Positions 53,641-64,000 of a DNA stretch of 64,000 bases are shown here, one piece after another. The DNA is taken from the NCBI GenBank assembly GCA_030704615.1, contig CM060732.1, positions 5,890,001 through 5,954,000 of the forward strand. Reading direction: 5' to 3'. The DNA is from Takakia lepidozioides. Taxonomy: Eukaryota > Plantae > Bryophyta. The position numbers and the translations under genes are program-made. The stretch's first letter is position 1. Each line of letters opens with the position of its first letter. A model generated the notes under the pieces. That model saw only the letters and a program-made list of their open reading frames with translations. It made no database searches and was not told the DNA's origin.

Positions 53641-54569
53641 TAATATTGTCAAACATATTTTTTAAAGGATTTAATAAATATTAATAATTAGCCAAGTCTG
53701 TTTTACATCGTGGCTGCCATGTCATTAGAAAGGGTAAAACTAAATCGTAAAAGGCAAATAAAAAAATTACATGGGTTAACGTCCGAATTTGACGTGACAT
53801 GACATATGTCGGACATGACGGCCGACGTGATGTCCGATATGTCAACGTCACATCAGGAATGTTAACTAGGGTTGTGTTGGTTGCTTTTTGCATTCTGTAT
53901 GATTTAGCACTAAGATTTGCCCCCAATGCGCTACGTTGTGGCTTCATAGCGTAGCCATCGGAGGGCAAGAACGCGGATAGGGAGATAATTAGACCAACAA
54001 AGGGGAGAATGAGTGAGGACCAGCTTGACCAAACCATCATCGCTCTCGTACATTACACCAAGGGGGAGCACGACTGTTGGCTCTGCTACATTGGAGTGCT
54101 AGGATACTCGTCGCGCTGATAGAGAGCAGTAGGAAGTCGGGCGACAACCGTCTATGTGTAGCTAGTCTATGTTTAGCTAGTCTGGCGGAGCTGATCGAGA
54201 CGGGTTTGATGCGTTTCTAGCGAGAGGGTCAAGAAGGAGAGAGGGTCAAGAAGGAGAACTACTGAGCGTGGGCCAGCCTTCGTAGTGGGAGAGGATTCGC
54301 TGCACTGCATTGAAAATATATTACAAATACAACAAAACATAGAATACAAATACATGGCAAGAACCAAAAACATTTGGATGGCTCAAAACTGGTTTATATC
54401 AAGAGTGTTTTGTAAAACAAGTTTTGGCCACATTCTACAGATGACCAACATGAGTGCCATGTTGCCATACCCATAGATCACTACCCAAGTGAAGTCATTG
54501 AGTAAGGAAAATCTGTTGTGCAGCTAAGTCCAGCACTATCGTGGACATGTCAAGAGAACATCGTAAATC

Positions 54570-55150
54570 ATTTCGAGAATGAATTCAGGAACTTGTAGTT
54601 CCAGATAATGGTGGTGCCAGCTACCATGTCACCCAAAGTGACATCCACTTCCAGTGCTGCCTTGACATACATATCCACCAAGGCAGTGTTTAGAGTGACA
54701 TCTAGTGGTACAATTCCAGCTTTGACGATGTCACCATGGACCTTTGTGCCCATTTTAGGGCTGCCAGGCTCACATTTGACGTAGATGTACACCAGGGGAA
54801 TGTTCAGAATGACATATGGTACAATTTCAGCTTTGATAATGTCACCATGAACCTCTTTGCCCCTTCCCAAGGCTGCTAGGCTCGCATATGCATATTACAA
54901 ACACAAATGAACATGACCTGGTCTGGCTTCATCCCTTCCCACATCATTTGCTCTTAGGTTTCCAAAGCCTTAATCCCATACATGCTGCACATACCTTGCA
55001 ATCATGGCACTCCAAAACACCACATCTCGTCCAGCCATATTGTCGAACTCTCCCTTTGCATCAGGCTTGTTGCACCTACATTTGGCATACATGTCCACCA
55101 GGGCAGAGTTCAGAAGGACAACTGGCATGCACTTGAGCGAGGATTTGCTT
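54570..55150 (-). pseudogene. PPR (PLS-type) gene fragments
   Basis: VHGDIVKAG...LNTALVDMYVK; LNSALVDMYAKC...EFDNMAGRDVVFWSAMIARY. Confidence 0.8.
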
Positions 55151-55206
55151 TTAACGACATCATCCATTGTCCTCTGGAACCATGGTAAAATCACTCTCCT
55201 CCCTTT

Positions 55207-58200
55207 AGGGCCGATTGTGATAAGAGGGAAAAATAGGGTGAAATGTGTTGAAGAAGATGCCTTCATTAGCAGTGCCTGATTTTATCAATTGTGCGCTGCT
55301 GCTGCGGCTTCCAGTTGACCATCTACCCACGCGGGTTTCTTGTAGCTATCCGTCCACAGATAATCATAGGTAATCTTGAGCTTAAAATCCAGCCCTCTTG
55401 GACCCACACTCTATCCCTGCTCCTTCAGCTATCCATGCCTCTGAACAAATCATGCATACATCCTTGCCTTGCTGCTAGCAGCTGACAATGACAACCTAGA
55501 TTTGTTCTAGGAAACACCCTTGACCCAACTTATCACACTAGTTCCTATGCTCAACACATGACAAGGGTGTTGAGTAGAAAAACATTTGGCGTGAATCCAC
55601 TTTGGATAATGTGAGTGTGCACCTGTTTCCAACTTCCAGACCTTTCATCTTGATGCACTTAAGCAAGAGACAAACATGCGTATCTGAATCTGCTGAAATG
55701 CCTCGTTGGTTTAAAGTCTGTGGAGCCTTTGTCAATCTGCCTGCCTCACAAAGCATCTTCACATGCCCAGCAGAAGAGGCATTGTGGACTCCCTCTCTTG
55801 ATCCTTTTTCAGAAGCTGTGGTCATGGTTGGGGTGCCTGATTTTATCAATTGTGCTGCTGCAGCTGCTACCTTTAGTTGACCATCTACCCATGCAGGTTT
55901 CTTGTAGCTATTGATCCACTTTGAATCATAGGTAATCTGGAGCTTGAAGTCCGACCCTCTTGGATGAATCTGGACCCACACTCTATCCCTGCTCCTTCAG
56001 CTATCCGTGCCTCTGCACAAATCATGCATACATCCTTGCCTTGCTGCTAGCACCTGACAATGACAGCCTAGATTTGTTCTAGGAAACACCCAACTCAACT
56101 TATCACACTAGTTCATATGGTCAATTGCATCTGCTACTCTTTGTAATCCAACAGGCATTCACCTTTTTGCCTCAATTGTCCCACCATTGACTGGGGTCAG
56201 AAAAGTATTCATTCCACAGCTTCTCCTCGTCTCAGCTGTTACCTATTTCTGGATACTTCCTTGTTGTCACATTGGCAGTACCATGTCAAATGACTTTAAA
56301 TCAAAAGCAGAGAAGAAGCTCAAGAGAGATTTGTAACTTGCTTCAGCAGATTCAGTATCAAGTGACATTTCATGATCCGTGGCTACCGACCTTGGCCCCC
56401 TTCTTTTCCCAACTTCTCTTGAAAGTGAGAGGCATTGAGAAATGGGATTTTGACATATGTGGCAATAGAAAAGAGAAATTAGGAAAAGGTTCACAGAGGT
56501 AAGGGGGGACACGTAGACAAAGAATACCAAAGACTGCAGTTCCAGAGCTGTCACACCAGCTGTCCGCAACTCCCCACTCTTGATCTCTGCTGGAACCGCC
56601 GACAACACAAAATGTACTGAAGCTTGCCATTATGCGTGATAGAAACAGAGGTACCAACAGCCTGAAAGCCTATTACTAGAGTCTACATTGAATACTGATG
56701 GTCTCCCACGTTCTCCGATAAAAACTTTAATCGTACAATTTAAGAGAGGGAGAGCAAGAGAAAGCTTGACATAAAACCGGAGTTGGACTATGCCACAACA
56801 TGCTTGCCATAGAAATGAAAGGGCAGGGCTGGCAACAAACACCGAGAAGGACAGATTAGACAGAGTGGGAGAGCAAATAACGGCAGCGATACGTAGAGGA
56901 CCAAACCTGGTATTCCTGGGGCGTATTTTGCAAGAGGGGGACAGCGAGGTGAAATAAAAACCACCATTTCCACGCCTGCTAGGCCGGGACACACAGAATC
57001 CTCTTGCTTCTTCAAATGAAAATTTAGGGCTGATTCTGATAAGAGGGGAAAACAGGGTGAAATGTGTTGAAGAAGGTGCCTTCATTAGCAGTGCCTGATT
57101 TTAACAATTGTGCCGCTGCTGCTGCGGCTTCCAGTTGACCATCTACCCATGCAGGTTTCTTGTAGCTATCCTTCCACAGGGAATCATAGGTAATCTGGAG
57201 CTTGAAATCCGGCCCTCTTGGATGAATCTGGACCCACACTCTATCCCTACTCCTTCAGCTATCCAGGCCTCTGCACAAATCACACACACATCCTTGCCTT
57301 ACTGCTAGACAGCCTAGAATTGTTCGAGCAAACACCCCAACCCTACTGACTTAGAGGCTGTAGTGTCCAAAGCCATGTCTGTTTCCAGAAAATTGTCTGA
57401 TGAAAATGAAGTTAGGCAGAAAACTTCCCTGGACTTGTTTCCAGTCTGTGACATGGGGGAGGACATCATGGATGACCTCAAGGGTCTACCCACTCTTGGC
57501 ACCAGACTGAAATTTAAACTCAGGGCAGGAATCCTACCTTTGAATAGCAAACAGAAGCAAAGAGGAAAGGGAGAGTGCAATTGCACCCAACTCAACTAAT
57601 CACACTAGTTCCTATGGTCAATTGCATCTGCTATTCTCTGTAATCTGATAGGCATTCACCTTTTTGCCTCGGTTGTCCCACCATTTACTGGGGTCAGAAG
57701 AGTATTCATCCCACAACTTCTCCTCATATCTGTTACCTGTTTTTGGATACTTTCATGTTGTCACATATGCAGTATCATGTCAAAGTCACTCCAAACAAGA
57801 TTCACTCAACCAGCTAACTTGCATAATTCAACATGGAAATTTAGGGCAGATTCTGATAAGAAGGAAAAACAGGGTGAAATGTGTTGAAGAAGGTGCCTTC
57901 ATTAGCAGTGCCTGATTTTTTCCATTGTGCCGCTGCGGCTGCAGCTGCGGCTTCCAGTTGACCATTTGTTTCTTGTAGCTATCCTCCACAGGGAATCATA
58001 GGTAATCTGGAGCTTGAAATCCGGGCCTCTTGGATGAATCTGGACCCACAATCTATCCCTGCACTCCTTCAGCTATCCATGCCTGTGTACAAATCGTGAA
58101 TACATCCTTAGTCTTGCTGCAGCTAGCGGCTGAAGCAGCTGACACTGACGCCCTAACCCTACCTACAGTAACATGTCAAAATCACTCCAAAATCACCAAC

Positions 58201-59005
58201 GAGCTTCTCCTCATCTATGTTATCTGTTTTTGGATACTTTCCTGCTGCCACATTGGCAGTAACGTGTCAAAGTCACTCCTAACCACCACAGATCCATCCA
58301 ACGAGCTAACTTACAGAATTCAATATGCATCTCAAGGCCGAGTCTGATGAGAGGGTAAAACAAGCAGAAATAGGTTGAAGAAGAAGGTTCCCTCACCACA
58401 TTGTCGACATTGACCTTGCGTCATGACCCATGGAGGATTTGACCGACCATCAATCCAAAGAACCTCTTGTGTGTGATGCTTGTGTCTATAATCAGGTACT
58501 ATCGGATTGGTCTGTGAGAACCACCACGGTGCACCTGAGCAGGCAGAGATTGAAACACGGCCTGCTAAGACCAAGCTGACTCTCCCAAGAACCTTGTAAA
58601 CATCAGGAAGAATACCAAATCATGGTACTAACATGAGCCAACAACCCACATTTGCAGGATGGACAAACTTCTTCACATCGTACATTAAGAAAACGCCACA
58701 CCTTGCAATTGCGGTTGTCGCACCATCGTGAAGGATCTTTAAAAAACTCATGCCAGCTCTGCGTCGTGCTGCAAATTCAGGGCCGATTCTGAGGAGAGGG
58801 CAAAACGGGCTGAAATAGGTTGAAGAAGAAGGTGCCCTCACCACATTGTCCTCGACCTTGTGTCCCATGGAGGATTTGATTGACCTTGAACCCAAGATGA
58901 CCTCTTGTGTGTGCTGCTTGTGTAGTCAGGTAGGTAATGTCGGATTGGTCTATGAGAACCACCACGGTGCAGCTGAGCGGGCAGAGATTGAAACATGGCC
59001 TGCTA
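55207..59005 (-). repeat. Locally reiterated blocks derived from the 5' end of a PPR gene
   Basis: The block encoding MWVQIHPRG.DFKLQITYDS...QL..AAAAAQL is present at about 55270, 55830, 57090 and 57910. Copy 55538-55981 continues into VKMLCEAGRL...VCLL.KC (PPR N-terminus). A second block is duplicated at about 58335 and 58778. Confidence 0.7.
57352..57584 (+). mobile_element. Internal fragment of the same LINE as 6440-8070
   Basis: Matches the reverse complement of about 7103-7315 (DENEVRQKTSL...KLRAG...GECNC). Confidence 0.85.
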
Positions 59006-59506
59006 TCGCGATGCTTCGGCACTAAGTAGACGCAGACCTAGAAAAACACTAAGTCCCAGCCTGCCCTGCAACACTGCGACCTAACAACCCTAAATTCGAG
59101 CACATTCATCGTAATTCATCGTAATTCATTCATCCTAGTTCATCATAAACATTCATTTATCCATTCATTCCTTCATTCATTCATTCATATAACTACTAGA
59201 AGACACGCAATTCAGTTTCACTGTCCGTTTACTAGATCTGCCTTAGCGGTGGTTATGTAATTACTCTATATCACTATCTCTAGCTACTAGTCAATTGTTT
59301 GTACACTTAACGTATTTAAGTCAGTGAAATGATAGTTAAAACTTTCTCCACTGATTTATCCTAAATTTATTTGAATTAAATATCATGAAAACACGTGGCC
59401 ATCTTTTATTAGTGATATCAGTTCGTGCTCCGAGGTAATGAACATGTTTCACTACATCTGTAATTCTTGCTCCTACTGCAGTGAAAATTATTCCCTGTGT
59501 CTCTGG

Positions 59507-59580
59507 GGAATGCTTGCGCGTGAGCCTGTGAGCCTGTGAGCCTGGCTAGGCTCACGCCACGTCAGCAAGCATCCACGTGT
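59507..59580 (+). mobile_element. Putative terminus C of the MULE family, ~0.8 kb downstream of the MTase-like gene
   Basis: GGAATGCTTGCGCGTGAGC(CTGTGAGC)2...CCACGTCAGCA aligns with termini at 11288, 22960 and 42967. Confidence 0.55.
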
Positions 59581-60366
59581 TCAGGCCCTAATTCCGTGCT
59601 TACCCCCCCCCCCCCCCCCCCCCCCCCTATTACCGCGGATCAGCTGTCGCCTATGTCCTAATTTTTTTATCCCTCTTCATGGCCCCCACATGAATATTCT
59701 TTGTGGCCGAGAACAATGGCAGGTTTGCGGATGAATTATGATTGAGGTCATGACTTTGGAATGAGGAGATCGTCCACTAGAGAACTGAATATTAAAAGCA
59801 AACATTTTTTTTGGGCAAAGCAGTACATTCATTCCAACACACAAACATTTTTCAATTCCGCAATCCGAAGACCTATCCTAGGCAATCCCTAACTGTACTT
59901 ACGGGAACGCGCAAAGAACTTGAAAAACAGTTTGGAGATGGAAGCAAAACCAAAACACAATTTATTGAGCCTCGGTACTTGAACCTAAAGAAATATTGGA
60001 GGTTTCAGAGGAACCACTTCCAGAGTTTACAGCAATATCATCTATGAATACAGCAGCACATCCATGACGTTTTTTTTTTTCCACGACCTTCATGGAGATG
60101 CGAATACAGTGTTTGTTCGGATAACACCCGTGCGCAAGCTTCCGCGTAAACCGGCAAGCGGTTGGATCTAGGGGGGCTCGGGGACATGTAGTATCCTTGG
60201 AAACCGAAAGGTGTATGCTGATTCGATGACTGGTGCTGAACTCTGCAAAGCAAGAAGAGGAATGGTGGTAGATGTTAACATCCAGATATAGACAACGAAA
60301 GCCACTATTTCTCGAATGGGAACGACACAAGGAAATGCAACATATTTTGCACGACTACACAAGAAC

Positions 60367-63300
60367 TTACTCACACTCAAAATCGGAGTCCACGTCCAGA
60401 TCCTCGTCAGGCGCTTCGGGCTCCTCCAGAAGTCCCTCTGTGGATGGGGCAAAAGTAGTGCCCGACTCAAGCTGACGAAGCTCGCTTGAGAAGAGCTCCG
60501 TATCAGCTTCCATGCCGAAGAAGTGCCTTCCGGCGCTCTTGCAAGCATGAAAACATGCTCCTGCAAATCCAAGAAGAACGAGAAATAAAAACAGGGTTTC
60601 CCTAAGGTCACTACCCATATGTCAAACACAATGTGAAGGGCCCCACCTGTGCCCATAGACAAGTCAACCACTCGTCCACCATGACAGCTGCATGTCTCCA
60701 CCAAAGTCTGCATGAAAGCTGGAGATTTCTCCCGTGCACCGCTCCAAGGGACACCAATCGACCTTTTCATAGTCCGACCCGAGTCGACGTAATTGAAGAT
60801 AACATCATCCTCCACAGGCTCGCAGGTGGGGTCAATGTGAGCTGCAAGGTCCCTCAACTGAAACTCAGCAACACCAGCACGAAGAGTGTCCTTCCGCCTC
60901 ACCAGGCACAAAGCTTCGAACACCCGTGTCTGTCAATAATCACGAAGAGAGAATGAGACAGAAGACATAACCCACCATTTTGATTTACCGAAAAACCACG
61001 AAACATCAATTGAAAGGAACCAACTCACTTTCTGCCCCGGGAACTCGCCCTTCGTAAGAGGCAGAGTATTGATGCATGTCCAAGTTTTGATGACACGAAA
61101 CCCGGAAGCTTTCATGTAGCTGAAAAGAGTTCTTCGAGCCGACATGTCCTTTGACTGCATGAGAAGAAGAGCCCCCGAGTCCGAAAGGAACTTGTTGCTG
61201 AACGAGAAAGCCCACTGCCAGTAACGAGAATCCGATTTGTTCCAAGTCGGGGTCGAATTGGAAGGAAACACATCAGGGACAGGAAAACCGTCAGGAATGT
61301 CCAGCACCACAAGGTCAGTCGCGTATGCCTGCTGAACTCCATTCACCCATTCCGGACTTTTTGTGACCTACAGCCAAAAACATGAGACAGTGTAAGAAGC
61401 CCAATCCAAATCTAACAGGAGATCAATCCCCTGGACAAGCCACAACAAGCTGCCAAAACACAATTATTCATACAACAGTTTAGACATAAGTGTTCACCTG
61501 AGTGAGGAACGAAACAAGCATGTCCCATGATTTCGAGGGCACCCCTTTGAATGTGGACTTCCTGGACTCCATCATTGCAAGAAAACTTTCATTCAGCACC
61601 TTACGATTGAACTGGCCCAAAACCCTGGAGGGATGTTCTCTCGCCTCGAAAACTTGCTCCCTCGACTTTGATGTTCTCATATCCCTCCTTGCGGGAGAAG
61701 GCTGTCTTTCAGGAACCTCTGACGGTCCCTGTCCTTGCGGAGCTGCACTTTTCCCCTTCCCCTTCGGATCCCCGACAATCTTCCCCTTTCGTTTTGGAGT
61801 AGCAGTTTTCTCGGGCTCTTTTGCAGCCAGAGCCGAAATGATTTTGTCCTGGATGTCTTTGTCAGCCAATGGGGCAATCGCTGCGGCATTGTCGTTCAGG
61901 TTTTTCAAAACAACTTCATCGAATGGAGTGTCATGTTTTGGCAGGTCGAGGTACCACCCACAGTCTTGGAAGTGCGCCCTGCTCCAGTCTTTGGCAATAC
62001 CAGCCGTGTACATTGTCTTGTCATTGGAGGGGTCAGCCCATGAATAGATGAAGTCTGGGTCATCGCTAAGGTACTTTCCCGGTATGAGGATATGATACAT
62101 ATACCTGAATCACATACAAAAAACCCAGACAGTCATTCGATCAGAAAACGAAAAAGAACACACATCCGGAAAAAGATATTGAAATGCAGGAAGGCAACAC
62201 TGAGAATTCTACTTTTGAAATCCCGAATCAACCTTGCGTTGACGCAATGTTCATTCGAGCAGAAATGGGGAACACCAAATGATAATGTTGTATTGATAGA
62301 GACAACGACTGAGAAGCGCAGTTCAACATTGCTTCAACGCAAGGTTGTTTTCATTCAGAGAGGAAATGGAAAACACTGCTTGAAAACTACCATCTGACTA
62401 TGTACTGGTGCGGATATTCAACATTGCGTTGGCGCAATGTTGAAATCCTCTGTTGAAACACATGTCAATGCTATCTGATAATCATAAGTTTCCTACAATT
62501 GTATTGAAATCAGGGGATGGCTGCGGGAAATTTCCAACAATCCATATCGCCAAACAACCTTGCGTCAACGCAAGTCTGTTTGTTGGTACAGTGAAAGTTG
62601 TAAATAGCATTTCAAACCGACTCCAAACAGTCTTATGTTCATCTTGGCAGCATTGGAACTGGATTTGAACTGCCCAAAACCACAGGAAAAGCTACATAGC
62701 CTGCCACTTCATCAACCTTGCGTTGACGCAAGGCTGATTTTCCTATCAGTTTATCCCCTTTCACATTCAGAAAAACGGCATTATGGGATACCCAGGTATA
62801 GGTAAGTGAAACCAGGACAATGGGAAACAACCTTGCGTTAACGCAATGTTGCTCGACTGCACATGCAGAGCCCTCAGAGATCTCGCAAAGCACTGCAAAT
62901 TCGCAATTCTTTATGGAAAGAACGACACAAGATTGCAGAAACATGCCCTTCAAGCACCAATTTTGATTCAAGGAGGTCACACCTGTACAACACTCGCTTC
63001 ATTGCTTGCTCGCTGTTGTACTGGTTTTTGAATTCGTAAGACCTGGAGATTTCTTTCTCTTTCTCAAACTCCCTGAAGAAGCAGTTGTTCCAGACAGCGA
63101 GCTTCCATCTCCTGATATAGGCCTCCAGTGTGATCCGGGGGCAAGCCATCTGGATTTTGTAGTCTGCCATCGACTCAGCAAGTGCAGCCACTGCACGTTT
63201 TTCTAACTGCAACAAGAAAGCTCGTAAGAATTTGGGAGAGGTTACGGAGCAACACAAATGTCTGAAAATGGTTTGGTTCAAACCTTACCTGGCTCCAGAA

Positions 63301-64000
63301 TGTGGCTTTGTGTAACCACTGGTCGAATGTGTGGTCGCTAACAACTCTTATTGCTTGTGTCTTCGGGTCCCTCTCTGGAGTTGGGAACATGTTCGTGTCT
63401 CTCACAAGAGGATCCGAATTCCATATCTCCAACCACCTGATTTTGGTTGCATTGTCCACCATTGAAATGGAAAGGCGATGTAGTTTCTCTTGAGTCATTT
63501 CTGGCTTGGAGCCATACTTGTCATAGTGTGCTTTCACCTGCTCCAGAAATTTCGTGCCAAGACCTGGGTCTGCTATCCGGATCTGTTTGTCGAATGCACT
63601 CATGAGGTTCTTCCTTTGATTTTTCATCTCGAACTTCATCATGTCCTCAAGCCCAGTTGCAGACCGCTGCTCTTCTGTGTGGGAATCATAGTACTCTGCT
63701 TTCGCCTTCAATCCAGTTTCTGCTATTTCTTGCTGCATACATAACAAGTAAAAAGAATCAAACACTGGAATTTCTTCACAAAATTTGCAGTAACAACAGG
63801 CAAACAGGTGTCAAAAAGCTTACAGTGTACATGTACTCAAGAAAAGCCTCCCTTGTCAAGCTGTACCATGTGCTTGTCTTCTTCTCAGCACATCTCTTCA
63901 TCTGCTGAGGACTGAGCACGTTCGTGAATGACTCCAGTGGCATCAGCCCTACCTTCTGGATGCGGAATAGAGTGTGGCACAGATTGGTCGTCACATGAGA
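60367..64000 (-). CDS. Large spliced protein ending in a beta-class N6-adenine/N4-cytosine DNA methyltransferase-like domain (5' end outside the window)
   Basis: Exons >64000-63824, 63732-63289, 63206-62983, 62104-61498, 61367-61029, 60929-60647 and 60560-60367, all GT-AG and phase-compatible with no stops. Motif IV-like DLVVLDIPDG (DIPDG at 61301-61287) precedes EKSPAFMQTLVETCSCHGGRVVDLSMGTGACFHACKSAGRHFFGMEAD (motifs X, I, II). Confidence 0.75.
62229..62851. repeat. Six copies of a 24-bp palindrome CAACMTTGCGTYRACGCAAKGTTG, separated by non-repetitive spacers, in an intron
   Basis: Copies at 62229, 62324, 62419, 62555, 62713 and 62828. Confidence 0.85.

Noticed and set aside
41316-54290. 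Complete CACTA element ending at GTAGTG about 54287
   Set aside because: The TIR match is only ~6 bp and there is no 3-bp TSD.
42967-59580. Termini B and C as the two ends of one element
   Set aside because: Both face the same direction.
62229-62851. CRISPR array
   Set aside because: Spacers are 71-134 bp and irregular, the array lies in a eukaryotic intron, and no cas genes are present. Kept as a binding-site array.

Overview
Eukaryotic nuclear DNA from a land plant; gene and transposon content suggest a non-seed plant such as a bryophyte or lycophyte (inference). The first ~6.3 kb hold two convergent host genes: the 3' exons of a DUF676 alpha/beta-hydrolase and an RTE1/TMEM222 homolog. 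The rest is a nest of mobile DNA: LINE fragments, two copies of a chromodomain Ty3/Gypsy element, a Gypsy with a PHD-finger integrase, CACTA-like pieces and PPR pseudogene fragments, plus a 500-N gap. The main finding is a Mutator-like (MULE DDE + SWIM) DNA-transposon family, present as four to five fragments sharing a short terminal motif (GG-N3-RCY-N4-CRTGAGC). It appears to carry a second, divergently oriented, spliced gene ending in a bacterial-type beta-class amino-DNA-methyltransferase-like domain (60367->64000, minus). Different members carry their own arrays of palindromes (cores GGCGCC, GTYRAC, GTCGAC), two of them in the same intron of that gene. A small foldback element capped with telomere-like repeats in chromosome-end polarity is also present. 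All homology calls are by eye; no searches were run.
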